NCBI GenBank assembly: GCA_963830605.1
Contig: CAWHML010000007.1
Span: 30,053-94,052, forward strand
DNA length: 64,000 bases
Direction of reading: 5' to 3'
Source of the DNA: an uncultured Actinomycetota bacterium
GTDB lineage: Bacteria; Actinomycetota; Actinomycetes; Mycobacteriales; Mycobacteriaceae
Each line of letters begins with the position of its first letter. The first letter of the stretch is position 1. The notes below the pieces were generated by a model that was given only the letters and a program-made list of their open reading frames with translations, was not told the origin of the DNA and did not search any database. The position numbers and the translations under genes are program-made. Of the stretch, positions 9,532-20,444 are shown piece after piece.

Positions 9532-11013
9532 CTAATTGACACATTCGGGTCGATCCGAACCTGCGGTAATGATCGGCGACACCGGCGGCGCAGAGCCGTC
9601 GGCCGAGCCTGCGCCGGCCGCCGCCGAACCCGAGCCCGCCGGCAGCGTCGAGCCCCCGCCCTCCAGACCCGAGCCCGGTCCGCTGTAGTCGTTGGCCAGC
9701 ACGACGCGAACAATTCCCGGCGGTATCGCCGCGTTGCCGATCACGGGCAACCCACCGAGATCTTTGGCCACCGCCTGCGCGCCCACGTCGTCGGCTTTGG
9801 CCGCCTGCACCTGGCTGCCGGCCACGTGCGCCGCGTCGTTGTTGCCGACGGTACCCACACTGAAACCGTTGTCCGTCAACACGTTGGACACCGCGGCAGC
9901 CAAGCCGTTGATGTCGGTGTCGTTGACCACATCCGCGGTGGTCTTGCCGGGCGTGTACGCCAGCTCGTCGGTCTTGCCTTGCTCTTGATCGTGCAACAGG
10001 CTGGCGACCCACTCCTGAACTTTGTTGGGGTCCACTCGCACCACGCTGTGCATACCGTCGTCGCTCCAGCCGGACTCGTCGACCACCGGGATGGTGGCGA
10101 AGGCGACGTTGCCGGCGGCCAACTTCTCCAGCTGCTTGACGAAATCGATGATGTCCCAGCCGGACGACAGCACGACAGAACGTTGGATGGCCTGCTGCAG
10201 GCGGTCCAGTCGGGCTGGACTGGACAGCGTGTTGGCGGAGATGACTTGGTGGGCCAGCGACGCCATCACCACCTGCTGGCGCACCACCCGGTCGAGGTCG
10301 CCGCGGGGCAGATCGTGGCGCTGCCGAACGAAACTGAGCGCCTGCGGCCCGTTGAGCCGCTGCCAGCCGGCCGGGAAATCGGCGCCCGACATCGGTTCGT
10401 AGACAGGCTCTTTCAGGCATACGTTGACTCCGCCGAGCGCGTCGGTGATCAGCGCGAAGCCGAGCAGCCCGATCTCGGCGTAGTGGTCCACGGTCACGCC
10501 GGTTAGGTCGGCGACGGTCTTGATCAGCGCCTCCCGGCCGGCTTCGGTGCCGCGGGCTTCGGCCTCGTCGAGTGCGGTGCCGGACTCGACCAGGCTGACC
10601 CGCTTGTCTTCCTTGACCTGGCCGTAGACCCCGTTGATCTTGGTCTTGCCCAGCCCGGGCGCGACCACGTAGGAGTCACGCGGAATCGAGATCGCGGTAG
10701 CGGACCTGCCGTTGTTGGGAATCCGGACCAGGATGATCGTGTCGGTGTTGGTCGCGACGTCGTCGCCGGCGCGCAGCGTAGCCAGCTCTTCGTTGGTCAG
10801 TGGGTTGCCGTGGGCGTCGGCGCGGCTGTCCATGCCGACCAGCAGGATGTCGATCGCGCCGTCGTCGCCGCCCTGCCCGAGTGAAGGGGCGAAGACGTGA
10901 TAGATCCCGTCCTCGAAAGACCGGATCTTGCTCCACGCGACGCCGGTGCCGAGAACCACGGCGACAGCCGCGACGGTGGCGATCACACGAGTCACATGTT
11001 GCGCAGGCATCAC
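9532..11013 (-). CDS. LytR-CpsA-Psr (LCP) family arabinogalactan-peptidoglycan ligase, Rv3267 ortholog
   Basis: N-terminal TM; ILLVGMDSR, NTDTIILVRIP, SIPRDS, ALSFVRQRH and GDLDRVVRQQ; LytR_C domain. Confidence 0.92.
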   Translation of the reverse strand: MMPAQHVTRVIATVAAVAVVLGTGVAWSKIRSFEDGIYHVFAPSLGQGGDDGAIDILLVGMDSRADAHGNPLTNEELATLRAGDDVATNTDTIILVRIPNNGRSATAISIPRDSYVVAPGLGKTKINGVYGQVKEDKRVSLVESGTALDEAEARGTEAGREALIKTVADLTGVTVDHYAEIGLLGFALITDALGGVNVCLKEPVYEPMSGADFPAGWQRLNGPQALSFVRQRHDLPRGDLDRVVRQQVVMASLAHQVISANTLSSPARLDRLQQAIQRSVVLSSGWDIIDFVKQLEKLAAGNVAFATIPVVDESGWSDDGMHSVVRVDPNKVQEWVASLLHDQEQGKTDELAYTPGKTTADVVNDTDINGLAAAVSNVLTDNGFSVGTVGNNDAAHVAGSQVQAAKADDVGAQAVAKDLGGLPVIGNAAIPPGIVRVVLANDYSGPGSGLEGGGSTLPAGSGSAAAGAGSADGSAPPVSPIITAGSDRPECVN

Positions 11014-11080
11014 TGTAGATTACTTGCGCCTCAGCGGGATGTGGGGTAGCTGCGGTCTCGGCGTGCCAGACTTCTGAGGT

Positions 11081-11956
11081 ATGACCACCCCCGCGAGGAT
11101 CGTGATCACCGGGGCCGCCGGCCAGCTCGGAACACGGTTGACGGCTGACGCGGCTGGCGAAGGCCGGGATGTGCTAGCGCTGACGTCGGCACAGTGGGAT
11201 ATCACCGACGCCGCCGCCGCCGAGCAAATCGTCGTAAACGGCGACGTGGTCATCAACTGTGCGGCGTACACCAATGTGGATGGCGCCGAGAGCGACGAAC
11301 CCGCCGCCTACGCCGTCAACACCGCCGGGCCTGCCAACATCGCCCGGGCCTGCGCGCGTGCCGGTGCCCAGATGGTGCACATCTCCACCGACTATGTCTT
11401 CAGCGGCGATTTCACCGGATCGGCACCTCGCCCCTACGAGCCGGGTGACGAACCGTCACCGTTGAGCGTCTACGGCCGCACCAAGCTGGCGGGTGAATTG
11501 GCGGTGTTGGCAACGCTGCCCCAGGCGGTCGTGGTGCGTACCGCCTGGGTTTACACCGGCGGCAGCGGCGGCGATTTCGTGGCCACCATGCGTCGGCTGG
11601 CGGCCGGCGACAGCACTGTCACGGTGGTTGACGATCAGACCGGTTCGCCTACCTACTTAGCCGACTTGTCCGCGGCGCTGCTGCAGGTGGCCGATGGTCG
11701 GGTGCGCGGCCGGATGCTGCACATTGCCAACGACGGGGCGGTTACGCGGCATCAGCAGGCCAGCGCGGTGTTCGAACTGGTGGGTGCCGACCCGCAGCGG
11801 GTGCGGCCGGTCAGCAGCGAAACCCAGCGCCGGCCGGCTCGGCGGCCGCCCTACTCAGCGCTGTCGAGCCGGCAGTCAGTGCAGGCCGGTCTCACGCCGT
11901 TGCGGCCCTGGCGGGACGCGCTTGCGGTCGCTCTCGGGGTAGCCTCGCGGCCCTGA
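11081..11956 (+). CDS. rmlD: dTDP-4-dehydrorhamnose reductase
   Basis: GAAGQLG, INCAAYTNVD, HISTDYVF and YGRTK motifs. Confidence 0.95.
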   Translation: MTTPARIVITGAAGQLGTRLTADAAGEGRDVLALTSAQWDITDAAAAEQIVVNGDVVINCAAYTNVDGAESDEPAAYAVNTAGPANIARACARAGAQMVHISTDYVFSGDFTGSAPRPYEPGDEPSPLSVYGRTKLAGELAVLATLPQAVVVRTAWVYTGGSGGDFVATMRRLAAGDSTVTVVDDQTGSPTYLADLSAALLQVADGRVRGRMLHIANDGAVTRHQQASAVFELVGADPQRVRPVSSETQRRPARRPPYSALSSRQSVQAGLTPLRPWRDALAVALGVASRP

Positions 11957-11972
11957 CCGCTACTCTCGACGC

Positions 11973-12866
11973 GTGAGTGACGTCCTGTCGGTCGTGACGG
12001 TGACCTATTCGCCGGGCCCGCACCTCGACCGCTTCTTGGCGTCATTGTCGCTGGCCACCGAGCGACCGGTACAGGTGCTGATGGCCGACAACGGTTCCAC
12101 CGATGGGACACCGCAGGCGGCGCTCGAGCGCTATCCCGATGTGCGAATGTTCGACACCGGCGACAACCTCGGCTACGGGGCGGCGATCAACCGCGCGGTT
12201 GCCCAGCTCGCGCGGGAAGGTGGCGCCGCCGGCGAGTGGATCGTGGTGGCCAACCCTGATGTGCAATGGGGTCCGGGCAGTATCGATGCCTTGCTCGAAG
12301 CTGCCGCTCGATGGCCTCGTGCGGCTGCGCTGGGCCCGCTGATCCGAGAACCCGACGGGTCGGTGTACCCGTCGGCGCGACACTTACCCAGCTTGGTCAG
12401 AGGCGGCATGCATGCGGTTCTCGGCCCGCTGTGGCGAAAAAACCCGTGGTCGCTGACTTACCGGCAAGAGCGGCTCGAGCCCACAGAGCGGCCGGTGGGC
12501 TGGCTGTCCGGATCCTGCCTGCTGATGCGCCGCGCGGCCTTCGACCAGGTCGGCGGCTTCGACGAGCGTTATTTCATGTATTTCGAGGATGTCGACCTCG
12601 GTGACCGGCTGCAGAAGGCCGGCTGGCTGAACGTCTACGTGCCTTCTGCTGAGGTGCTGCACCACAAGGGCCATGCCACCAGCCGCGATCCCGCGCACAA
12701 TCTGACCGCTCACCACGAAAGCACCTATATATTTCTCGCCGACCGGTATTCCGGTTGGCGGCGTGCCCCGCTGCGGTGGACGATGCGCGCCGGGTTGGCG
12801 CTGCGCTCACGGCTGATGGTGCGCAGCGCGCGGCGCAGACAGGCAGGGAGGCGGCGGGCACGATGA
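11973..12866 (+). CDS. wbbL1: dTDP-Rha:GlcNAc-PP-decaprenol rhamnosyltransferase WbbL1 (GT2)
   Basis: ADNGSTDG, ANPDV, GWLSGSCLL and YFEDVDLG; follows rmlD. Confidence 0.93.
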   Translation: MSDVLSVVTVTYSPGPHLDRFLASLSLATERPVQVLMADNGSTDGTPQAALERYPDVRMFDTGDNLGYGAAINRAVAQLAREGGAAGEWIVVANPDVQWGPGSIDALLEAAARWPRAAALGPLIREPDGSVYPSARHLPSLVRGGMHAVLGPLWRKNPWSLTYRQERLEPTERPVGWLSGSCLLMRRAAFDQVGGFDERYFMYFEDVDLGDRLQKAGWLNVYVPSAEVLHHKGHATSRDPAHNLTAHHESTYIFLADRYSGWRRAPLRWTMRAGLALRSRLMVRSARRRQAGRRRAR

Positions 12867-13936
12867 CCCGACTCGACGTCGATGCGGTGGTGCTTGTCGG
12901 CGGCAAGGGCACCAGACTGCGGCCGTTGACGCTGTCGGCGCCCAAGCCGATGCTGCCGACGGCAGGATTGCCGTTTCTGACTCACCTGTTGTCGAGGATC
13001 GCCGCGGCCGGTATTCGGCACGTCATCCTCGGCACGTCGTATCAAACCGGGGTCTTCGAGGCCGAGTTCGGCGACGGCTCCAAGCTCGGCCTGCAGATCG
13101 ACTATGTCAGCGAGCAGCGCCCGCTGGGAACCGGCGGCGGGATCGCCAACGTCGCTTCCCATCTGCACCGCGACACCGTGCTGGTGTTCAACGGCGATGT
13201 GCTTTCCGGCGTCGACCTGCACCAGATGCTGGACCACCATCGCAGCCACCAGGCCGACCTCACCCTGCACCTGGTGCGGGTGTCCGATCCGCGGGCCTTC
13301 GGGTGTGTGCCCACCGAAGACGGCGTCGTCACGGCCTTCCTGGAAAAGACGCAGGATCCGCCCAGCGACCAGATCAACGCCGGCTGCTATGTGTTCTCCC
13401 GCGAGATCATCGACCGCATTCCACGCGGCCGCGAGGTGTCCGTGGAGCGAGAAGTGTTTCCCGCGCTGCTGTCCGATGGTGTGAAGGTGTGCGGCTATGT
13501 CGACGCCAGCTACTGGCGAGACATGGGCACACCGGAGGACTTCGTCCGCGGCTCAGCGGATCTGGTGCGCGGCATCGCACCGTCGCCGGCGCTGCGGGGC
13601 CATCGCGGTGAGCACTTGGTGCATGACGGCGCGGCGGTGTCGCCGGGAGCCTTACTGATCGGCGGCACGGTCGTGGGGCGCGGCGCCGAAATCGGGCCGG
13701 GCGCCCGGCTGGACGGGGCGGTCATCTTCGACGGGGTTCGCGTCGAGGCCGGCTGCGTCATCGAGCGGTCGATCGTGGGCTTCGGCGCCCGGATCGGTCC
13801 ACGGGCGCTGATCCGTGACGGCGTGATCGGCGACGGCGCCGACATCGGCGCCCGCTGCGAGCTGTTGCGGGGTGCGCGGGTGTGGCCCGGGGTTTCGATT
13901 CCCGACGGCGGCATCCGCTACTCGTCCGACGTCTGA
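12863..13936 (+). CDS. manB: Mannose-1-phosphate guanylyltransferase (Rv3264c ortholog)
   Basis: LVGGKGTRLRPLTLSAPKPML, PLGTGGGI, YWRDMGTPEDF and hexapeptide repeats; ATG overlaps the wbbL stop. Confidence 0.95.
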   Translation: MTRLDVDAVVLVGGKGTRLRPLTLSAPKPMLPTAGLPFLTHLLSRIAAAGIRHVILGTSYQTGVFEAEFGDGSKLGLQIDYVSEQRPLGTGGGIANVASHLHRDTVLVFNGDVLSGVDLHQMLDHHRSHQADLTLHLVRVSDPRAFGCVPTEDGVVTAFLEKTQDPPSDQINAGCYVFSREIIDRIPRGREVSVEREVFPALLSDGVKVCGYVDASYWRDMGTPEDFVRGSADLVRGIAPSPALRGHRGEHLVHDGAAVSPGALLIGGTVVGRGAEIGPGARLDGAVIFDGVRVEAGCVIERSIVGFGARIGPRALIRDGVIGDGADIGARCELLRGARVWPGVSIPDGGIRYSSDV

Positions 13937-13982
13937 GCGCGCCGAGTGGCCAATTATGAAACGCCAGAAGCCTCGCAGAGTG

Positions 13983-14525
13983 TCATAACTGGCCGCTCGA
14001 CGCCCTGTTGACCAGATACGTCAGCGCGTCATCGGCCCCGCTGGGCAAGGCGTCGGCCGGCCACCAGCGCAAGTCCACCGATTCGTCGCTGAGCCTGATC
14101 TGCGCGCCGGCCGGAGCGTGCGCGACGAACTGCAGGTCGAGGTGACGGGTCGGCACGCCCAGCGAGCAGGTGACCGGATGGACGTGCACGGCAGCCAGTT
14201 GCGAGTCGATCCGTAGGCCGGCGACGCCGGATTCCTCGCTGGCTTCACGCAACGCCGCCGCGACGATGTCGTCGTCGTCGTCCTCGCAGTGCCCGCCCAG
14301 CTGCACCCACCGGCCCAATCGCGGATGCAATGTCAGCAGCACCCGGGTGCCGCTGTCGTCGAGCACCAGCGCAGAGGCGGTGACATGACCGGCAACGCAA
14401 TCTCGCCGGCATGAGTCACTGCGACCGTGCACGAATGCCAGCACGGCGTGCCGCAGGGAGTCCTGGGTTGCGTTCGGAGCCTGCCAGCCGGCCAACAGTC
14501 CGACTACCGAATCACGAACGCTCAC
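13983..14525 (-). CDS. NUDIX hydrolase
   Basis: Nudix box [24 protein letters not shown]; HVTASALV motif. Confidence 0.9.
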   Translation of the reverse strand: MSVRDSVVGLLAGWQAPNATQDSLRHAVLAFVHGRSDSCRRDCVAGHVTASALVLDDSGTRVLLTLHPRLGRWVQLGGHCEDDDDDIVAAALREASEESGVAGLRIDSQLAAVHVHPVTCSLGVPTRHLDLQFVAHAPAGAQIRLSDESVDLRWWPADALPSGADDALTYLVNRASSGQL

Positions 14526-15865
14526 TTGACGATCAACATGCCATCAACCGGCGCCGGTGGTCGGGGTTGCTGCTCAGGTGTTGTCGGATAGCCGATTGCG
14601 ATGGCGCCCAGCGGTTCCCACTCCGTCGGCAGCTGCAGCTCAGCACGCACGACGTTTGCGGCGAAGATGGTCGAGCCGATCCAGCAGCTACCCACGCCGC
14701 GCACCGCCAGCGCGACCAGCAGCGCTTGCACAGCGGCTCCGACCGCGACGGTGAACATGGTGCGCTCAGCCTGGGTGCGGGCGGTGTCGGGATAGCTGTG
14801 GGCACCGTCGGGCGCCAGCATTGGAACGACGACTTCTGGTGCTTCGTAGAGAATTTGGCCGCGGGCTATCCGCCGCTCGATGGCATCGGCGGGCTTGCCG
14901 TCACCGCCGAGATCGGATCGCCACTTGTCTTGCATGCGGTCGAGCAGGCGGCGGCGAATCGCAGCGTCGCGCAGCCAGACGAACCGCACCGGCCGGGTGT
15001 GGTGCGGCGCCGGGGCGGTCAGGGCCTCGGCCGTCGCCGCTTCGATCAGCTGGGCGGGCACCGGCTCGGCACTGAACTGTCGTATCGATCGGCGCAGCAG
15101 TTGGGCTTGGCGGCGGCCGGCGTCGAGTGCTTCGGCGGTGCCGAGCCAAAACAGGTCGTCAGTACCCGAGCGCACCAGCTGCCGTGCCGTCGAGCCGTCG
15201 TCGCCGAAGCGCAAACCGCGTACCACGGCGGCCGGGATGGCGGTCAGTTTGCCCTTGACCAGATCGGCCGCTGCGGCCACCTCGTCGGCGACGGCGATCT
15301 CGGTAACGATCAGCTCGTTGCCGTGCGGATCAGTCGCACCGGCGTAGCCGTGCAACACGGCCATCCCGGCGCTGCCCACCGCCACGTCGGTTTGGCCGTT
15401 GCGCCAGGCTCGGCCCATCGTGTCGGTGATAACAACGCCCACGGTGACACCGAGCAGCTCGGCCAGCGCGGTGCGGAGCCTCGCAGCGCTGGTGTCCGGA
15501 TCGACCGGGAGCAAGGCCAATTCGGCCGCGTCGACGTTGGAGCCGTCGACACCTGCGGCGGCCTGCACCAGTCCGAGCCGATTTTCGGTGATCAACGTGC
15601 GTCCCTTGCGGGCCAGCACCCGAACCGCTTCATCGTCAATCAAGCTGCGCCGCAACGTGTCGCGAGCCTCGGCGTTCGTGGGCGCGGATACCAGCCGGCC
15701 CTCGCACTTGGACACCACCTTGCTGGTCACTACCACGACGTCACCGTCGCGCAGCCATGGTGCCGCCTGCGTGAGAGCTGCGGCCAGGTCGTCACCGGGC
15801 CGAAATTCCGGAAGTCCTTCGATCGGCAGGATTTCCACTGTCGAGGCGCTGCCGTGATCTGTCAC
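14522..15865 (-). CDS. fbiB: Coenzyme F420-0:gamma-glutamyl ligase FbiB
   Basis: [23 protein letters not shown] and DTMGRAWR plus a C-terminal nitroreductase-like domain; GTG start overlaps the fbiA stop. Confidence 0.95.
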   Translation of the reverse strand: MTDHGSASTVEILPIEGLPEFRPGDDLAAALTQAAPWLRDGDVVVVTSKVVSKCEGRLVSAPTNAEARDTLRRSLIDDEAVRVLARKGRTLITENRLGLVQAAAGVDGSNVDAAELALLPVDPDTSAARLRTALAELLGVTVGVVITDTMGRAWRNGQTDVAVGSAGMAVLHGYAGATDPHGNELIVTEIAVADEVAAAADLVKGKLTAIPAAVVRGLRFGDDGSTARQLVRSGTDDLFWLGTAEALDAGRRQAQLLRRSIRQFSAEPVPAQLIEAATAEALTAPAPHHTRPVRFVWLRDAAIRRRLLDRMQDKWRSDLGGDGKPADAIERRIARGQILYEAPEVVVPMLAPDGAHSYPDTARTQAERTMFTVAVGAAVQALLVALAVRGVGSCWIGSTIFAANVVRAELQLPTEWEPLGAIAIGYPTTPEQQPRPPAPVDGMLIVK

Positions 15866-16851
15866 GCCGCCACACCTGCCAGCTCGAGCCCAGCGCGCAC
15901 CATGGCGGCGGTGGCTTCCGAGTCGGTCATCAACAGCGGTATAGAGCGCACCACCACCCCGTCGATCTCGGCGAAGTCGCCGTCGTGGACGAGCCAGCAG
16001 TCCAGTATTCCGGTACCGCTTCGGGCCCCGTAATAGCGGCCCACCGCCTCGGCGGTCGACTCGACGCCGACCACGGTCAAGCATTCGTAGGCCATGCCGC
16101 GCAACGGCTTTCCCGCGATGAGAGGCGAATAACCGACGATCGGCGCCGGCGCGGATCGCAGCGCACCGCGAATACCCGGGATCGCGAGGATGGCGCCGAC
16201 ACTCACGACCGGGTTCGACGGCGCCACCAAGATGACGTCCGCATCGGCGATCGCTGCCACCACGTCGGTTGCGGCTTGGGCCTTTTCGGCTCCGACGAAC
16301 GCGAAGCTGTGTGTCGGCACCTGTGCGCGGTAGCGCACCCACCATTCCTGAAAATGAATCGCCCGCCGATCGCCGTCGGCAGGGTCGCTGATGACCACGT
16401 GGGTTTCACAGCGGTCGTCACTGGCCGGCAGCAACCGGGCACCGGGCTGCCAGCGGTCACACAGCGCCGCGGTGACCTGCGAGAGCGGGTAGCCGGCACG
16501 CAGCATCTGACTACGCACCAAATGGGTGGCCAAGTCGCGGTCGCCGAGTGCGAACCAGTCCGGCTGCACGCCGTAGCGGGCCAATTCCTCCTTGGCATGC
16601 CACGTTTCATCGCGGTGTCCCCAGCCGCGCTGCGGGTCGACGCCGCCCCCCAAGGTGTACATGCAGGTGTCGAGGTCCGGGCAGATGCGCACGCCGTGCA
16701 TCCAGGCGTCGTCACCGATGTTGACGACCGCGGTCAGCTCATGGTCACTTGACGCGCCGGCACCGGAGAACTGTCCCAGTCCCAACAATTGCTGGACACC
16801 GACGAGGAAGCGCGCGCCGCCGACGCCACCGACCAGAACCGTCACCTTCAC
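15862..16851 (-). CDS. fbiA: 2-phospho-L-lactate/phosphoenolpyruvate transferase FbiA (CofD)
   Basis: [37 protein letters not shown] and APSNPVVS. Confidence 0.96.
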   Translation of the reverse strand: MKVTVLVGGVGGARFLVGVQQLLGLGQFSGAGASSDHELTAVVNIGDDAWMHGVRICPDLDTCMYTLGGGVDPQRGWGHRDETWHAKEELARYGVQPDWFALGDRDLATHLVRSQMLRAGYPLSQVTAALCDRWQPGARLLPASDDRCETHVVISDPADGDRRAIHFQEWWVRYRAQVPTHSFAFVGAEKAQAATDVVAAIADADVILVAPSNPVVSVGAILAIPGIRGALRSAPAPIVGYSPLIAGKPLRGMAYECLTVVGVESTAEAVGRYYGARSGTGILDCWLVHDGDFAEIDGVVVRSIPLLMTDSEATAAMVRAGLELAGVAA

Positions 16852-17173
16852 ATCGCACGACCCTACGCCCGGCGCGGATGAAGCTTCGACTCCTTCCGCG
16901 GCGGCCGATGACCGGTGTGAGCAACACGCCGGAATCCCAACGGCCGCAGAGTGGCTAAATTTCGGTCACGACATGATATTTAATTTCGTTTCAACGCTTG
17001 ACCAGACCAGCTCACGCGTGTGTAATCACAGCAGTGTCATTTCCCGGTTGGCCGGCCGGATTCGGTGTCGCAGACCGAGATTCGATCATATGTTCGAATC
17101 GAGATGGCCGCAGTACTACAGCAGCACAGCGGGCGACATTCATAATCACCGATTCAGTTCAGGAGGCGGCCCA

Positions 17174-17545
17174 ATGTCCTTAGAGCAGCGATGGGGCTTA
17201 GCGGAAGGCATAGTGGGCGGCACACCGCACACGACCGCCGTTCCGGCGGCGACAGCGGCGATGACGCGACCCCACTTAAGTCTAGTTCCCAGTGCGGCAC
17301 CGGTTTTCGAGTCGGCCCCACTGAGCAGTGACCAATGGCAGGACCGCGCACTGTGCGCCCAAACCGACCCCGAGGCGTTCTTTCCGGAGAAGGGCGGCTC
17401 CACCCGCGAGGCGAAAAAAATCTGCTTGGGCTGCGAGGTACGTGCGGAGTGCCTGGAGTACGCCCTTGCCCACGACGAGCGCTTCGGCATCTGGGGCGGG
17501 CTCTCCGAGCGTGAGCGCCGTCGGCTCAAGCGCGGCATCATCTAG
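17174..17545 (+). CDS. whiB2: WhiB family transcriptional regulator WhiB2 (WhmD)
   Basis: WQDRALCAQTDPEAFFPEKGGSTREAKKICLGCEVRAECLEYALAHDERFGIWGG; AGGAGG SD at 17161. Confidence 0.96.
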   Translation: MSLEQRWGLAEGIVGGTPHTTAVPAATAAMTRPHLSLVPSAAPVFESAPLSSDQWQDRALCAQTDPEAFFPEKGGSTREAKKICLGCEVRAECLEYALAHDERFGIWGGLSERERRRLKRGII

Positions 17546-17560
17546 CAATCGGCTGTCGGA

Positions 17561-17983
17561 CTAACTGTCCTCGATCGTCGGGTCGATCACCGAGGGCTCG
17601 ACGTCCAAGTAGGTGGCGACCTGAGCCACCAGCACCTCGTGCAGTAGTTCGGCGAGTTCGACGGTGTCCTTTGCGCGTCGTTCGATGGGTTTGCGGAACA
17701 GCACGATTCGCGCCCGGGTGGCGTTGCCACGGACGTCGACACCGGCCGGGATCAGCCGGGCCAGCGCGATCGGGCCGTCGGCGACAACTTCAGGTGGCCA
17801 CTGCACGTTCTCGGGGTCTTTGGCCGCAATGCGCGGAATCTCGTCGACCGCGACATCGAGCCCCGACACCCGCTCCTGCCAGCGCCGTTCGATCGGTTCG
17901 TAAGCCTCCAGCACCGCCATATCGAAGCGTTCGGCCCGGCTGCGCCACCCCGGCACCGTCGGGGGAAGCAACGGCCCCCGCAT
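17561..17983 (-). CDS. Zincin-like metallopeptidase family protein (Rv3259 ortholog)
   Basis: MRGPLLPPTVPGWRSRAERFD...RIVLFRKPIERRA...HEVLV. Confidence 0.9.
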   Translation of the reverse strand: MRGPLLPPTVPGWRSRAERFDMAVLEAYEPIERRWQERVSGLDVAVDEIPRIAAKDPENVQWPPEVVADGPIALARLIPAGVDVRGNATRARIVLFRKPIERRAKDTVELAELLHEVLVAQVATYLDVEPSVIDPTIEDS

Positions 17984-18138
17984 TTCGCGTCCTCGACGAG
18001 AGGACCTCCGCGCTGAGCGGGCATTTCGGGAGCTGCGCACATCGCCCACCTGGCGATGGTAACGGTTGAACATCGCGGCTCGGCCGATTGCGCGTGTCCG
18101 CCACTGCGACGGCGTTTTTGCACGATAGCCTCTCGATC

Positions 18139-18576
18139 GTGAAGGTTCCCCGTCGCTGCTGCCGGCCCGGGTGTCCGCTTTACGCGGTGGCGACGTTGAC
18201 CTTCGTGTACTCCGATTCCACCGCGGTGGTCGGTCCGCTGGCTACCGCCAACGAGCCGCACTCGTGGGATCTGTGTGTTGGCCACGCCAGCCGCATCACT
18301 GCGCCCCGCGGTTGGCAACTCGTCCGCCACGCCGGCGCACTGGTCGCACCTCCCGAGGACGACGACCTGGTCGCGCTGGCCAACGCGGTGCGCGAAGGTG
18401 TCCGGGAGGGCCGCCCGCCGGTCAATGGCTTCTCCGACTCGGCCCGTCACGCAAACGGCGCAGCGGTCCCGGTCTCCGGCAACGGTGCGCTGGCACCGGC
18501 AACGACACACCACCCCAGCGGCACCGGCCGCCGACGTGGCCACCTGCGGGTATTGCCGGATCCGCCGGCTAACTAA
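18139..18576 (+). CDS. DUF3499 family protein (Rv3258c ortholog)
   Basis: RRCCRPGC...AVATLTFVYSDSTAVVGPL...HSWDLCVGHA..ITAPRGW; C-terminal RGHLRVL. Confidence 0.9.
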   Translation: MKVPRRCCRPGCPLYAVATLTFVYSDSTAVVGPLATANEPHSWDLCVGHASRITAPRGWQLVRHAGALVAPPEDDDLVALANAVREGVREGRPPVNGFSDSARHANGAAVPVSGNGALAPATTHHPSGTGRRRGHLRVLPDPPAN

Positions 18577-18599
18577 TCGACCTTCTCCAAGGTGTCGAC

Positions 18600-20360
18600 T
18601 CAGCGTGCGCCACGCACGAGCCGGCCCGGGCGCGCACCGGTGTCGACGCCGTCGCGTCGGGTGACGACGCCGTTGACGATCGTCGCGCTATAGCCCGAAG
18701 CGCCCTGGATCAGACGGTGACCCCCGGCGGGAAGGTCGTAGGCCATGCGTGGGGGATGCAACCTCAGTGCGGCCATGTCGATGACGTTGAGGTCAGCCTT
18801 CTTGCCTGTTGCGATCACTCCGCGATCGGTGAGCCCGAACAGCTGCGCTGTGTCGTGCGACTGCTTGCGGATCACGTACTCCAAAGGCAGCTTCTCGCCG
18901 CGGTGCCGATCGCGCGCCCAGTGCGTCAGAAGAAACGTCGGGTACGACGCGTCACAGATCATGCTGCAATGCGCCCCACCGTCGGACAACCCCACCACCC
19001 CGGCTGGATGCATCAACATCTCGCGAATCGCGTCATGGTTGCCGTAGAAGTAGTTGTAGAACGGCAGCATCAGCATGGCGCTGGCGTCGGACTCCAGCAT
19101 CAGGTCGTACAGCGTGGACAACGGGTCTTCGCCTCGATCGGCGGCGATATTGGCGACGACCCGTTCGGGGGTCGGCTCGTAGTCGGGCGGATCGCCCAGC
19201 GCATAGATTCGCCCCAGCGAGTACTGCACCAGCGCGAACATGTTGTCGAACAGCAACGTTGGGTCGGGCGGCAGATCGTCTTCGGCCAGAATCGCCGCTT
19301 TCACCGCGGGATCGGCCAGCCGCCGCGCCAGCTCCTCACGGTCACATTCGGCCTTCAGCCGACGAAACGTCGGACGATGGGTGAACGCGTGATGGCCCGG
19401 GAAGCCGAAGAGCATGCCGAACGGGCGCGCGGCGATCTGCGGATACAACTGACTGCCTGCCGCATGAGCAGCCGCCGAGATATCCAGTTGCTCCCGCCAC
19501 AGGTCGGGGGCCGCGTCGACCTGGATCATGCCGAAGGAGATCGGCCGGTCGATCTCGGCGCCGAGGCGCTGCATCCACTCCAGTTCCTTCTTGGGCGCGA
19601 TAATGTCCTCGCCCGCAACGCCCTGCGGAGCCAGCTCGAAAACGGCCCGGCCGCCGGCCGCCATAGCCCGGCCAAGACCGAACAATTCGTCTTCTGCGGC
19701 ATACGTTCCCGGGACCGGCTCCCCGTCGATGGCGCGGTGACCGAGGGTCCGGGAAGTCGAAAAACCCAGCGCGCCGGCCTCGACCGCCTCCTGCACCAGT
19801 TGAGCCATCGCTTCGATGTCCTCGGGCGAAGCAGGCTCGTTGCGGGCGCCGCGTTCGCCCATCGCGTAGGCGCGCACCGCGCCGTGCGCCACCTGGCTGC
19901 CCACGTCGACAGCGAATCGCTGCTTCTCGACGACGTCGAGGTATTCGGGATAGCTCTCCCAGCCCCACGAGATGCCCTCGGTGAGTGCAGTGCCGGGAAT
20001 GTCCTCGACACCCTCCATCAGTCCGATGAGCCAGTCCTCGTGTCCTGGCCGCACCGGAGCGAAGCCGACGCCGCAATTGCCGCCGACGACGGTCGTCACC
20101 CCATGTCCGCTGGACGGCTCCAGCAGGCTGTCCCAACTGATCTGGCCGTCGTAGTGAGTGTGGATGTCGACAAATCCCGGCGCGACGAGCCTTCCCGTCG
20201 CGTCAATCGTCTCGGCGGCGTCACCTTCCAGCGCAGAGTCACCCGGCGAGCGGCGACGAACCTCGACGATCTTGCCGTCGGCGACGGCGACGTCGGCCAG
20301 AAATCGGTCCACGCCCGTCCCATCGACGACGGTGCCGTTAGTGATCTTGAGGTCGAACAC
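18600..20360 (-). CDS. N-acyl-D-amino-acid deacylase family amidohydrolase
   Basis: [43 protein letters not shown] and [10 protein letters not shown]. Confidence 0.9.
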   Translation of the reverse strand: MFDLKITNGTVVDGTGVDRFLADVAVADGKIVEVRRRSPGDSALEGDAAETIDATGRLVAPGFVDIHTHYDGQISWDSLLEPSSGHGVTTVVGGNCGVGFAPVRPGHEDWLIGLMEGVEDIPGTALTEGISWGWESYPEYLDVVEKQRFAVDVGSQVAHGAVRAYAMGERGARNEPASPEDIEAMAQLVQEAVEAGALGFSTSRTLGHRAIDGEPVPGTYAAEDELFGLGRAMAAGGRAVFELAPQGVAGEDIIAPKKELEWMQRLGAEIDRPISFGMIQVDAAPDLWREQLDISAAAHAAGSQLYPQIAARPFGMLFGFPGHHAFTHRPTFRRLKAECDREELARRLADPAVKAAILAEDDLPPDPTLLFDNMFALVQYSLGRIYALGDPPDYEPTPERVVANIAADRGEDPLSTLYDLMLESDASAMLMLPFYNYFYGNHDAIREMLMHPAGVVGLSDGGAHCSMICDASYPTFLLTHWARDRHRGEKLPLEYVIRKQSHDTAQLFGLTDRGVIATGKKADLNVIDMAALRLHPPRMAYDLPAGGHRLIQGASGYSATIVNGVVTRRDGVDTGARPGRLVRGAR

Positions 20361-20402
20361 GATGACTCCCTCGAATGCCGCACGAGCCGCTACGGTGGTC
20401 AA

Positions 20403-20417
20403 TGTAACACTGTTACA
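20403..20417. promoter_or_regulatory. Candidate TetR operator in the divergent promoter
   Basis: Perfect inverted repeat TGTAACA-C-TGTTACA between the divergent amidohydrolase and Rieske starts. Confidence 0.6.
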
Positions 20418-20444
20418 GACAGTCGTCTGCTGTGAAGGTGAACC

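Noticed and set aside
15866-16345. N-terminal extension of fbiB given by the ORF track (607 aa)
   Set aside because: It overlaps fbiA on the same strand; the GTG at 15865 gives the expected ~447-aa FbiB
16998-17030. TTGACC-N17-TGTAAT SigA-like promoter, or CRP site, for whiB2
   Set aside because: The -10 does not fit TANNNT cleanly, and the GTG-N6-CAC spacing is not CRP-like
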